DNA of 64,000 nucleotides from Lama guanicoe (lineage: Eukaryota), in NCBI GenBank assembly GCA_013239625.1, contig MU053652.1:1676001-1740000 (forward strand), in the 5' to 3' direction. The position numbers and the translations under genes were made by a program. Under the pieces are notes generated by a model. The model had not been told where the DNA came from, ran no database searches, and saw only the letters and a list, made by a program, of their open reading frames with translations. Shown here piece by piece: positions 32,766 to 44,960 of the stretch. Each line of letters opens with the position of its first letter. Within the stretch, counting starts at the first letter, position 1.

Positions 32766-35700
32766 GGCCCCGCCCCACGGTATTAGCCCCCGGTTAGGGT
32801 CTGTAACACATTTTTCTGCAGCCTGTGCTGTTTTTGCTGTTGTCCTATCTGCTTGATCTGATTTTTCTGCTCTCATCCGGGGGGTGGGGCAGGTTTGTTG
32901 AACCTTCTCCATCCTCTCTGATTGACATAGGATTTCCACCTGTTAATAGACAACTGTTTCTTGGCCTTCTTTTTCTCTTTTCCTATTTGGGCCCCCAGCT
33001 ACTTCACCGTGACCAAAGAGTAGACCCCGTGGGCAGCTCCCTCCCTGATGCCTGTGCTGACCCCAAATAGGTGGAGTCAAAAGCAGCATCTTTCCCATCG
33101 CCATCCTCATCTTCTGTACCCCCATGTGCCTCTACCCCGGCACATCAATTCCCCAGCCCCAATTCCCTGATCACTTTGCCAGAGTAAATAGTTGCTGGTG
33201 TGTGGTGACCCAAGGTCATAGCCAATGGAGGAATGTAATTAGGGTCTTCATTTCTGATCATCTTGGGAGCTGTCTTCCAGCTGATACTGGATTTTCTGGT
33301 TCTCTGCATGGATGCTCATATCCTCCCCAACCCTTTTCCTCCTGAGACCAGAGAGCTTGGGTTGGAATAGAGTTGCTCATGAGCAAATGCCAGTGTTGTC
33401 TTCCTTTGTGTCTTTCCTCACATGGAGGGAGAGGGCAAAACGTTGTCTTCCCAGGGGCTGGGAGCATGGTCCTCATGCCTCTCATCCTGCACCTCATTGT
33501 ATGAGAGTGCCCTTCAGTGACCATTTCCAGGAGGAATTTGAGCCTATAATCTTGCTCTGTGCCACATCTTTTTGGACAACTCAGCACCACGTGGTCACCA
33601 TTGCTTTTCCGGTGTTGGACCACCTTATGATTTTTTCCTTTGCCATTGGAGCACTACTAATTTGTACTTGCTAGGGATGGGCCTGGGTGAGCTCCCTAGG
33701 TTGAGAAGGCCTTCAGGTCTTGGGATGTGTCATGGAGGGACCATAACATGGGAGGCAGAAGCCTTGCCTTTTATTCCTCCATCTTCCATCTCTTGATGCT
33801 GGACTGATGTCCCTTTCTCTTAAGTGCATGGTGCCGGGATGCCTTGGTAGGGGAGATGATGACAGATAACTGCTTTGGACTTCTTTGGGAAACATTCCCC
33901 CTGGTCAGAACAGGGGAGGAAAACATCTTCTTGCCTTTACTCGACTCCTAAAGCTTAGTCAGAATCACTTGTGTGTCCTTCCAGCATGCCTCTTTGCAAT
34001 GCGGAGGGGACTGCTGGGGAAGAAAGAGGGCAGTAAGTGTACTGTAATGTTTTAGTACCTGATGCCTTGAGCTTCATTTCAGAAGAATGTCCAGTCTAAG
34101 CCTGAGGGAAGTAGAAGTTGTACTGATTTCAGAAAAGGAGGCTCATTGGCTGTCATCTCTAGGAAGGTCATTGCTGCCATAAACTTGCACAGCTCACACA
34201 TGCCACCCCTGTGTCTGTGCTGACCCCAGCCTGCTATTCCCAGTCAGTTCTGGCTCACTGAGGCAGCTGAAGGATGCAAACTTGCTCTCCCTGAGTGGGA
34301 CTGACACAGCCTTCCCTTCCAGGCATCCCGTTGGGTCCAGGAATCAAGCTCTCACTGACTTCTAGTCCTAGAAAACTCTTTACAGGCAAGGATATGTCCT
34401 TGAGCGCTCACCCCACTACCCTCTCCCCCCTGGACACATCAGGCACTGCTAACAACAAAATGCAAGGGGGCCCACAAAAAAAAGGCCTTCCCTTGTTGGA
34501 GAGCAGTGCAAGAGAGCCCTCTTTAAATTTTTGACATGGGAATAGGGTTCTCTGTTGCATGATATTTGTGTTTCTGTCTGTTCCCACGTGTTGGTAAATT
34601 TCCCCAACTGTCAGAGGACAGGAACCGTCTGCTCTTTTAGACTCTCCACCACAACCACCTCCTAAGCTGTCCAGCACATCGGTTCATATTGGTGGAGGTG
34701 ATGCCGGTTGGCAGGGCAGTGGCCACTACCTCCAGCTCCCATCCTGTGGAAACCCCCAGAAACTTCAGGGCGGGAGTACAGTGAAGAGGGACCTTCAGCC
34801 AGTAGACGTGGAGGTGGGTCACTGCTCAGCAGGTGGGTTTCTGGGCCAGCCTGGATAAAGCGGCAGCTGTGAAGGGTGAACCCTGATTCCATGTGGTCTG
34901 GTCTCACTCCACCTGGCCTCTCCCTTTCCTTCTGTGCATGGCCTCCTGTAGATATAGGAGCTAATGGCCATTTAAAAGAAAGGGGGTCGGTCTTGTGGGT
35001 AAGGGCTTCCCCTGAATTAGCAACCAAGACCTTTGAGTTTACACAACCCCTATTTTGAGGGATGGATACAGAAGAGAGTGTCATCTGGGAATTGTCCTCA
35101 GGCTTGAATCATCTTTCGGAGGCCTCTAAGATTTGGCCTCTGCCTGGGGTCCTGAATCATGAAGCAAGATGGGGAAAGAATGACTCACTTGGGCCTCTCT
35201 GGGCCTCCAGTTTGCCCAGAGCAGCTCCAGGTCAAAATAGAACAGAGTCCTCACTCAAGGACATGCAGAGATTGTTCTGGAAGTTCAGAGAGAGGGCTGA
35301 AGAGGCCCTCTGTGGGTATCATGAGTCCACCCTGGCTCCCTCCTTGGCCATCGTCTGTGCGGCAGGCTGAGCGGGTTCCTCCAGCCCCGAGGGTGCTGCA
35401 GGGAGGGGAGGGCAAGGCAGGGCAGGGTCCTGGCCTTCCTGGCTGCCCCAGTCAGCTCTCATCCCTGCAGCTGCCTGGTGGGGAACAACTCTCCTCAGCA
35501 GCTAACTGGTGGGAAGAGTTGGGAAACGGGGTGAGGGGAGCGTGTCCACTTGCTGCTGATGAAACAGGATTGAAATTAATGAGCTCTGAGAGGTCCCCCA
35601 TTAACGCAGGAGTCGGCAGTATGTCAGAGACATTTCTGGTATCCGTCCTCCAGAGGTCAGCCCGGGACAGGCAGAGCTGCTCTCTTGTTCTGCCTTGTCT

Positions 35701-35837
35701 GTGGGGAGACCTGCCTGCTCCCCAGGAGGGGCACTTCCTTCCTTTTTGAAACCTTTTGGTGGGAACTCATAGTTGAGGAGGAGGAGAAGGCCAGCCTCTG
35801 ATGTGGCTGTTTCTGAGATCTATGGAAACTGCACTAT

Positions 35838-35980
35838 GGAGCAGGACTGTGTAGCTGCTTTGGGTACTGAGAGAGCGTCCTGGACCTGCATCCCAACCCC
35901 ATCTCTCTTAGTAACTTGCTGTGTGAGCCTCCGCCTCTTACACAGCCTCTTTGATGTCAGTCTGTTCATCTGTAATGTGG
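35838..35980 (+). mobile_element. MIR fragment
   Basis: CTTGCTGTGTGA...CCTCTTTGATGTCAGTCTGTTCATCTGTAATGTGG. Confidence 0.55.
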
Positions 35981-37009
35981 ACGGCCCCCAGGGAGCAGTC
36001 CTCTTCCTTCCTGGAGTGGGGAAGGGACTCAGGAGGTGAAAAATAGGAGCTGGTGTCCAGGAAGGAAGTGGACAGCGTGACTAAGAGAGGCGTGTCATCT
36101 GGTGTCCTTAATCTGGAGTCATTGGCTGAGGCGCCCGGCTGGGCTTTTGGAGGTTTATGAAGTCTCTGAAATCATCTATAAAAACAGTGGGTGAGTGAGA
36201 ACTTTCCAGAGTCTTTGGGAAGATTCTCAGAGGGGTCTCAGTGCCCACAGGTGAACACTGGCAGCTTTGGGTGAGAAGAGCTGCCACTCAGTTGGAGGAT
36301 GGGCCTCCCTTCCAGGCAGCGTCTGGATCAGCAACTGAGCCTCTTGTCCAGGGGACTGAGGACACCTTGCTCCTGATTCTGGGTCAAGTTTGGGGAAGAC
36401 AGAGAACCATGAGAAATAGAGGCTGTCATGTGTGACAAAGAGGGACAGACTTCCAAACAAGGTACACCTGCCTCTTTGCCCCTCTGTGGGCACAGAGCTG
36501 GGGCTGTGAGACCAGGGTATGTCCCTCCATGTCCCTGGGCCCCGGTTCCCCTGCAGCGGGTCAACTTAGGGGAAAGCACTGATCAGGCAGGGGGTTCGGG
36601 GGCAGGTGGCTTCTCTAGCTTCTGAGCCCCTTTGGGTGTGGACCTGGCAGCTCCTCCTTTGTTCTCTTGGCCTAGCTCAACTTTGGGCTGCTCTTATTTG
36701 GGGGTGTCCCAGCGACCCCATTGAATATTATCAGGGACCAAGTTGGCTGCTTACCGGGAATCACAGTCTCAAACCATATGGCTCTTCACGTGAGCCAGGA
36801 GCCGGGAAACTGTGAAGGAAGATGGTCGGCCGGGAAAATGGGAATGAGGTAGAGCCATAAGCCTGAGCTTATGTGAAGTTCCAAGGTCAAGGTTAGGTGT
36901 GACCTAGTGTCTGTCTGTCTAGTCAGCACCTAATTTTCACCTCGTTAGAAAAAAGGGGCTTTGAAAAGGCTTGCCCTCTGATAATAAGCCAGTGAGTGGT
37001 TTGTCACCA

Positions 37010-37170
37010 ACTCAATTCAGTTCATAGCAATTCAGCTGAGAAATTGTGAGTTACCTGTTGTGTTTTTAGCACTTTACCAAGCACTGTCAAGGATGTAGGA
37101 GAAATGAAAGGCACAGCCTCTGCTTTCAGTGAGCTCATTGGTTCACGGGGTAGAATAAACATTTATACAA
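37010..37170 (-). mobile_element. L2 3' end fragment
   Basis: ATTCAGTTCA...CCAAGCACTGT...AAATGAAAGGCACAGCCTCTGCTTTCAGTGAGCTCA. Confidence 0.55.
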
Positions 37171-37550
37171 GGAATAACTGGAGAGAACCACGGCGAGGCT
37201 ACGTGTGAATGTGCATCTAGAATTCACTCTCTGGTCACGTGCTCTTTGCTGGTTCTTAGTTTCCAACTCGTGGCTTCCGAGAAATGAAGGAAGCCAAAGT
37301 CTCACCTGTCTCTCCAGCTTTCCCATGTTAGGTCTGAGAGCATCACCAGTGATGGCTTTGTAGACAGATGGGTGCAGAGGGAATGAGGTTGCACCTGGTT
37401 AAGAGGTGAGAAGGAGGGATGCTTATTAGATCAAAGGTCGTTCTTTCTGAGAGTATGGATTCCTTGTCTTGCCTCCATCCCTTCCACCTTGCTCCGCCGC
37501 TTCTGTCTTCTGCCTCTACCTAAGCTGACCATGTGACTGGGCACTCTCCT

Positions 37551-37718
37551 CAGTAAACCCCGGTTCTCCAGGGTAAAAAGCCCTGATGTATAGCCTATGC
37601 CATTTTCTGTGCTGTAACTGTTCCCAGCATGGTGAGCTCCAGCTACCAGTGGTTTAACAACCAGATCACAGAACTCCTAAAATTGAACAATCGGCTGTCC
37701 TGAGCTGGCACACCACTG
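37551..37718 (-). mobile_element. MER63A-like hAT-Blackjack MITE
   Basis: AAAAAGCCCTGAT.T.TAGC...AGCTACCA.TGGTTTAACAACC.G.TCACA.AA.TCCT.AAA.T.AACAATCGGCT...GCACACCACTG matches the reverse complement of recalled MER63A, including the CAGTGGTGTGC terminus. Confidence 0.8.
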
Positions 37719-38794
37719 CGAATTCCCTCCCTGTTGGTCAGCCCTGACCACTGCACAGAGCACTGGGTGCAGGTCTGATTGGCAGAGTGGTGGCTTCCAT
37801 GAAATACCAGCTCAGATACCCCCGGGCAGCATCCACTGGGGACGGGAAGTTCAGGGAAGAAAATGTAGCTCCATTTGGTACCTATTATACCAAGAGAATG
37901 ATTAGAGTCAGAAACTGAAAACGGAGAGAGAGAGCGTCGGTGTGGTTGTTTGAGTTCATAAACTTAGGAAAGAAGCTAGTCTTTTTGAGGTCTGCTGTGT
38001 GGCCTGGACAGAAGACTGGCTTAGATGGCCTCTGAGGACTATTAAATCCATTTTTGGAACACTTATATGAAACCTTCTGATTGGTTAGGGATCAGGACCC
38101 CTCTGTTTTCAAGATGGTGACCCCTCACCTTTCCACCCCTTCTGCTGAGCCCATCTTCCTCATACTTTTCAGTCCATTTTGCTCCAGGGTATCCCATTCC
38201 TCATCTACAAGACATCAGATTACCCCAGTTTCAGTTGAAAAATCAGTACTTAAGAGATCAAAGCTTACCTTGTCCCACGTCTCCCTGCCTCCCCTCCACA
38301 CTGAAATCCCTGAAAGGCTGGGGAAGAGTGTGTACCCATCCACTGGGTACAGTGGGAACAGAGTCCAGGGGGCACTGACTCTTGGTGCCTGTGAGCAGAG
38401 AAGGAGGGCAGGAGGTCCAGTTCAGTTTCTCCAGGTGATGTGCTGTTCCCTCTGGGCTCCTGAGGGAGCCGGGCAAGCCAGCTGAAGGTCTCTAAGGCGA
38501 AATCAACCAGAAATGTCAGTCAGGCAGTGGAGCGGGGCCAGAAAAATCAATGCTGAATTCCTGACGCCAGGAGGGCAGGAGAGGTGGGACAGATCGAGAG
38601 CATTTGTTTGCAATTCTAATGTAACAAATCAACAGATCACTGGGCAAAGATGCCCAATGAAAGTGCACGTGATGGATCTGGGTGGGCAGAGAGAGGAAGG
38701 GAGGGATGGAGTCCAGGCACGGGGTCTGCAGAGGAATTCAAGGTATTTGTGTCCACGGTAGTCCCCTGCTGCCAAGGGCGCTGGCGCCCCGACC

Positions 38795-38930
38795 AGCAAG
38801 CCTTGGGCTGGAATCCTAAATCTGCCATTTATTCATCATGTGGACTTGGACAAGTTACCTCATTCTCTTGTTCCTTCATTTTAATAAAATTCAGACCAGG
38901 GAGGGGTCTTGTGAGGATAAAATGAGGTCG
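38795..38930 (+). mobile_element. MIR SINE
   Basis: GAATCCTAAATCTGCCATTTA...ACTTGGACAAGTTAC...TTGTGAGGATAAAATGAG. Confidence 0.75.
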
Positions 38931-39154
38931 CCAGGATAGCTGATGCTTGCCATACGGAAACAGCTGTTATTTTATTTTCTTATTTGAAACACATATTATA
39001 GTGACTGGGCATATATACTTAATTTCCTTTCCCTTCTGGGGGTAGTTTGAAGGCTAAGAGAGAGGGAGAATCTGGAGTTCAGATGCCATCAGCCGGCCGT
39101 TTGAAGGCCTTCATCCAGTCTGGGCCCTGCAGACGGAATCAACAGATCTCACTC

Positions 39155-39298
39155 TTCCCTAATTCTGCTTTCAAACCCTGTTCTAGCTGTGCGGCGTGGG
39201 GCAGATTTTAATGGCATGGGGCCTGCCCTTCCTCATGTGTAGTGACGGTGGCGGTGGGTGTCAGCTTACTGGGCTGCCGTGAGGTTGAAATAGAAGAC
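39155..39298 (+). mobile_element. MIR fragment
   Basis: CTAGCTGTG...GGGGCAGATTTTAA...GCCT...TTCCTCATGTGTA...GGGCTGCCGTGAGGTTGAAAT. Confidence 0.55.
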
Positions 39299-39578
39299 GT
39301 CACGGGGATGTTGGTGGTTCTGACCTTGCCTTTATAGCTGTGCATGAAATGCAGTCTCTGGTCTAAGGATGCTACACATAGTACCTACTTGAACTACAAA
39401 CAACTGTAAGCACCCAGCACTGTTACTCACTTACGGCTCGGGGGAGGGCAAGTCAGTCTGACCGGTTACGCCGAAGACTACACCTGGCATTCTCGTTCTC
39501 GTTCTCGGCCACTGGCCGCCCTGCCTCTGGCCTTCTCTTCCTCCATCTGAGCTGGTGTGCACTCGTTAACCTGATGCA

Positions 39579-39613
39579 GAGCTGAGTTGGACCAGTCAGG
39601 TCCAACTCAGCTC
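39579..39613. repeat. Perfect inverted repeat, 15-bp arms with a 5-nt spacer
   Basis: GAGCTGAGTTGGACC-AGTCA-GGTCCAACTCAGCTC; the arms are exact reverse complements. Confidence 0.97.
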
Positions 39614-39791
39614 AACTTTCAGAGCAGGCAAACAGTCCCCCTTGTCAGGAACTTCCGAGTTTTACCCTTTGAACTGTGGCCTTGATTGTACCACCTTATC
39701 ATGTGAGCCTGCGAGGCTGTGGAAAATGTGGATGTGAGAAATGCCATTATATATTCAGAAGGGGTGTCACAGTCATACAGGGATGACCGTG

Positions 39792-40025
39792 TGCTGTAGA
39801 CTGAATGTTTGTGCTCCCCCAAATTCACATGTTCAAACCTAAGACCCAGTGTGATGGTATGAACGTGGGGCCTCTGGGAGGGACGGAGGTGATGAGGATG
39901 GAGCCCTCATGAATGGGATTAATGTCCTCATCAAAGAGGCCCCAGAGAGCTCTCTCCTGCCGCTTCTGCTGTGTGAGAACACGGTGAGAAGACGGCCGCC
40001 TACAGACCAGGAGGAGAGCCCTCAC
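39792..40025 (+). mobile_element. MLT1A0-like ERVL-MaLR LTR (5' portion)
   Basis: TGCTGTAGACTGAATGTTTGTG.TCCCCCAAATTCA.ATGTT.AA...GTGTGATGGTAT...GGAGCCCTCATGAATGGGATTA.TG.CCT.AT.AAAGAGGCCCCAGAGAGCT...GTGAGAAGACGGCC...GCCCTCAC. Confidence 0.9.
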
Positions 40026-41664
40026 GCACTACAGGCCGTGGACAGCCGAGTTCTCGACGTGGAGAAGACAGGGAAGGTGTATGGTTGGGGGCTGCACGCC
40101 CACGAAGAGGCACACCCTCACTCAAACCACCAGTCCCTCTCTCCCCTCTCCAAGACCAGCCGTCGCACGGCCCCGCTCCAGGCTGTCCGGGGTGGCTGGA
40201 ACGTGCCTCCCTTTAGATGCCATCACCATTCCGCAAACTCCAAGTACGGCACCTGGTCCACTTTGTCTGGAAGGGATGCGACTCCTGATGACAACGCCCA
40301 AGGAAAAAGCGTTGTTCAGAGCGGGAGAAGGTGCGGGTTTGGTTTGGTTTCCTAATTTGAAGGAGAGAAGTCCATGTGGGAGAGAATTTCAAAACAAAAC
40401 TGTCAGATTCTAGAAAAGAACATTTAACGAAGGCTGAAATTTAGCAAGATGATGCTTTTAAGTTCATCTGAATGTTTTAGATTGGGCTCAGTTTGTAAGC
40501 AGGGCATTTGGGGAGAAAGAACAAAGTCGGGGTCCCTCCCAGTTCATGGATGTGTGTGTGGCCCTGTTAGTGCCTGTTTTATTCACGGGTAGTACTGATG
40601 CCAAACGGGTCCGTGGTCCTCTCTGCTCACTGATAGGATCGGCCTATTATTGTGTTTCTTGGATTGGAAGCACACATTTTTAAAAAGAAGCCATACCAGA
40701 GATGTTTTAATTTGAGAGAAGTGCCAATTTAGAAAATGAAGGGGAACCCTGGAGATGCAGGTCTTCGGAAATTTTCTCTGCTGAGTCCTACAGTGACAAT
40801 ATTTTCCCTTCCATGTCATAAAGAAAGGATACAGACATGGGGTTAATTAAGAGGGATGTAGCTAAAGGAAGGCTGAGCACAGAGCAACCCAGGGGAAACG
40901 CGACCGTGAACACCAGCAGCATCGCCGTCACCTCCCTTGATGCCTATTGATTCCTGCACCTGCAGAGAGACAGACTGGGGCCCACTGGCAGCTGCAAATT
41001 GACTCTGGAAGCATCCAGGGTGAGAGGGCACAGGAGGCACCATCATGAGACCGTCAGTTTCTCTTACCATTCAGAGGGAAGAAATGGTACCCAGGGTGAT
41101 GGCGGAACTGGGGCCTAGGGAAAAAAATGGCCCAGTGGGCTTTAACTTCAGGGAGCATGACTCCACTCTGTGAAGGCTTGGGTCTTTAAGATGCAACTGG
41201 GAGCAGCCCAGAAGATGGAAGTCTTCCCTCAAAGGGAACTGGGTGTGAAAAAATGATGCTGCAGATGGGATTTGCTGTTGCTGTGGGAAAACAGCCACAA
41301 AGAAAGGAGGGGCTCTGAGCATCAGTGAAGGAGTGTCTTCCAGTTGGGGACACCATCCTGTTCCTGCACAGAACCTGAGGGTGCTGGACCATGGGAGGTG
41401 CCAGGGTGTGAAATGAGGTGGAGGGGTCTGCTCTCCCTGGGACCTCAGCCTCCTCCATGATGAAGCCCAGAGTAGTGGTCAGATGCACAGACAGGACAGC
41501 TCAACGTACGGATTTGACCTCTCAGAGCCATGCCAGTCCCAACAACCCATAACCTTAAGTCTATCAGATCAGGGCAAGGGGAGACAATTGGAAGAAATCA
41601 GGCGGCAGTAGGCACTGCTTCTGGGGGCAACCTGGTTCCTGTTCAATGCTCTCCTTCATACTAA

Positions 41665-41790
41665 ACTGAAAGCTTGGAAGCCTGGGACCGTCTTTGTCTT
41701 TGCCACCATTCCACGCATGCTCGGTACTTCGCCCAGGGCCTGGGGCTCAGTGTGTGCTTAATAAGTGCTAACTAAATGCATGAAATGAAT
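41665..41790 (+). mobile_element. L2 3' end
   Basis: CTG.AAGCT...GGGACCGTCT.TGTCTT...CAGGGCCTGG...GTGCTTAATAAGTG...AATGCATGAAATGAAT, the L2 tail. Confidence 0.7.
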
Positions 41791-42914
41791 TAGCGGAGGG
41801 GGACTTCTCTGAGTGACAAGTTGCGGAGGACAAAGGTCAGCATCTAAAAGAAAAGCGAAAGAAGAGCCCAATGGAGAAGCAGCAGATTGGAATCCAGAAA
41901 GCAAGCGTAGGTAGTGGGGAAAGCTGCCCACTGGGGAGGAGGAAGAGTCTTGAGGCTTTCCCAAGGAGGAGGGGGCGGAAGGGACATCTGCTAAAACTTC
42001 TGAAAATGGGTTGGGTGCTGGGGCGATGCTTCATTTCCATCTTTCCAGGTTTCTTCCCCTTTGTTTCCTGTTTCTCTGCTTGCTTAAAGCAACCTTACAC
42101 ACAGCCTGCAGGCTCGCCCCGGCTGCTGGCGTCCCAGGTATCGGTGGCCCTGAGACTTGACATCCAGACTGGGGACACCAAACACGTTCCTTTCATCTCC
42201 AACTCTTTGCTCCTGACCGATAACATTTCTCTACCTCTTCAGATGTGTCCTGGATGTGTCCTCGCTTTGACCCTGGGTCTCCCAGGCCAGCCCCGAAGGC
42301 AAGTGTGAGCACTTAGGGCTGGGCTCCTCTTCAGATAGGATGAATCAATGGTCTCCAGCTTCAGTAGGTCTGGGGCCCCTTTCACCTCTGACTCTGACAG
42401 TGTGATGACTTGAGGCCGGGACTGTCACCCTCGCATGCAGTCTCCACCCAGAGTGTTGGTGACATGCTACTTTGATAAACAGCTGGCACTCCTTGCCCTG
42501 AAAGACCTCTTTCCAAACGCAGCCGGATGGAACCACTGGCCTCATTACCTGGGTCTGCCTTTGGGATCTTCCGTCTCTGACATTCAGCCTTTGCTGGCCG
42601 TGGGCAAATCATTCTTTGAGAGGCCGTGGTTTCTCCAACTGGTGGCCTAGCAATAGGATTATTATAGGACTGAATAGGTTCTTTAAATGTAGTAGATTCA
42701 GGATATTTATGTTTATATGTACATAAATATACACTGAGCTTAAAAAATAATTCCATTTATTACTACCTAAAAAGCCAGAGTTTAGTAGAACAAGCAAACG
42801 GACATGCAGCCTTCTACAGCCTTGGGATCCGTGGGCGTGTCCTGCGCTTCCCGGCATGTGTTCCTCGCTCAGGGACATCAGTGGGAGGTAAGCAGATTCT
42901 GTTGTTGTTCTCAG

Positions 42915-43015
42915 CTCAGTTCAGTGAGCAGGTCTGAGGCACACAGTCTAGTCCAGGCACCATGTTGGGCACTGCAGACCCTAAAAGAATTAACCATGGC
43001 CTGAGGGGCTCCCAG
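42915..43015 (-). mobile_element. Possible L2 3' fragment
   Basis: CCAGGCACCATGTTGGGCACTGCAGA...AAAGAATTAA..ATGG. Confidence 0.45.
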
Positions 43016-43149
43016 CCCCACTTACAGCTCAGTCTTCCAAAATACCATAATGGGAAGCATTTGTCCAGGATCTCATAGAAAGTTCAAAGACAAAGCCAAG
43101 TTTAGAAATCATTTTTAGAATTTGCATGTTGTTGCAATGCAGGCGAGAT

Positions 43150-43445
43150 GCAATCTCATGGAGCAGGAGCTAGCCAGGGAGATTGTCTGGGATGAGTCAG
43201 GAGACTTGGACCCTCGCTCTGTCCCTGATGGGAACTTACCATATGATGGCAGACAGGCCACACCGTTGTGGTTTACCAGGGGAGGAACCCCGAATCCACT
43301 ATTCCTATGATGTGATCAAGGAGGATAAGTGAGTCTTTAATACTCCAAGCCTTGGATTTTCCCATCTACAGTGTAAAACGGAAACAACAATGGAATGCTG
43401 ACCTTCCCTGCCTTACATGGGTTTTAGGAAATAAAATGTGAGAAC
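43150..43445 (+). mobile_element. MIR-family fragments
   Basis: GAGTCAGGAGACTTGG...; GCCTTGGATTTTCCCATCT...GTAAAACGGAAACAACAAT...CCTGCCTTACATGGGTT..AGGAAATAAAATGTGA. Confidence 0.6.
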
Positions 43446-44389
43446 TGCTGTCAGAATATTCTGGAAAAATAAGACCATAAGGCATCTGGATTCTACTTCT
43501 AGAAGTAAGTATTATCCTGTGTATCCACTTCTTTGCTCTTCCTTCCCTTTGTACCAGGTGCCCCAGCGAAACCTATAAAGCCCAGCATGGTGGCGGCAAA
43601 GGGAGTCAGATACAATTTTTAAAAACATCCTACTTACGGGGCAAAAATCCCTCGGCAGCAACTGGGCCCTGACCTCTGTAGAGTTGGCTCTTTCCTCAAA
43701 CAAGTGCCTGATAATCACCCTTCACGGTGAAATATTTGATTTATTCGATGGAGGTTCATTGGAGGGCCTTTAGAAGAGGAAACTGTGTAACGACATTTGC
43801 TAGCAGCTTCAGGGACAGGGAGGAAGGGGCAGAGAGAATTATGACCACACACCCTTGGAATTGTTATCATATTAAACCCGTGTTCCACGAGTGGATAGGT
43901 TTTCTGATGCAGTTGGGTATCTTGCCTCTGGACAGTGAAATTGCTATCCTCTGCCGCAGAATAAATTACCTGTCAGGCTCTTTTAAGCAGTTTCAGGATG
44001 GTTAGTTTGAAGACAGCAGCACACGCTGGGGGAGGCAGGTGGGGCTCGGCGGGGAGGGCGTACTTCCAAAAGTTGCCGGTTGCGTGTCATAGTGTTATTT
44101 GCTGTGTCATGTTGATCTGGTGCGATGTGACAGCTGCGCGGGAGAGGCAGAACCTCAAAGGCTTGCGAACTGCCTGCCAGGTGTTTGTCTGTGCACCTTC
44201 GTCGGTGGAAGGCAGTGGGGAAGGTAAACCAAGGCTCTCTTTTTAAACACAAGGATCCTGGCATTTTCCTGCAGGTTGAAGCTCAAAACTTTTACAGTGG
44301 CCGCACTGTGAGGAAAAGGGAGAAGGGAACTGAATCCTGTAAAAAACAAAAGTGTGTCCTAAGGCAATAGGCCCAACCTCACGCAGACC

Positions 44390-44411
44390 CACACACGTGC
44401 ACGTGCATGCG

Positions 44412-44442
<31 letters not shown>

Positions 44443-44451
44443 AGACACACA
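44390..44451. repeat. (GC)n-(CA)n compound microsatellite
   Basis: CACACACGTGCACGTGCATGCGCGCGCGCGCACACAC... is directly visible. Confidence 0.95.
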
Positions 44452-44863
44452 GAGTAATGTTTTCCAGTTAGCCAGCCAGCATATGTTATACTAGTCCTAT
44501 AAAGCTTCAGAAAGAACACACTGTTTATTTGGTTTTAGGACATTTTCTGGGGTCAGGAACCAGATGCTTTTCACCCTGGTAATCCCCCAGCCAGCGGGAC
44601 CCACAGGTGAAAAGGCACCTGTATTAAAACATTTCCTCGTGGCTTTAGGGAAAGGGAGGAGAGAGCAGAAAGAATTATTACCCCGGACTTTGGTTGACCA
44701 TCTATTGCATGATCTGGGTTCAGGACTTGCCCCCTTAGCCAGTGGTTTGCACTTATTTTGATTCCAGAAGCTGTTTGAGCCGCAGAAAATGCCTTTCCTT
44801 CTCCCACAAGCATCCCCAGCAAGCGTGTCACCCAAGGTGGATAGTAAGTTTAGTCGCACAATG

Positions 44864-44960
44864 ACGTATGCATATGCATGGGTGTATGCATATGCATGTG
44901 TACGTGTTGTACATGTACATGTGTACATTCTTGTATGCATGTTTGTGTATACATGTATAT
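44864..44960. repeat. Degenerate (TG/TA/CA) alternating purine-pyrimidine tract
   Basis: ACGTATGCATATGCATGGGTGTATGCATATGCATGTGTACGTG...; includes two copies of GTATGCATATGCATG. Confidence 0.85.

Noticed and set aside
33373..33386. 14-bp palindrome TTGCTCATGAGCAA
   Set aside because: A few 7-bp-arm palindromes are expected by chance in 64 kb, and there is no supporting context.
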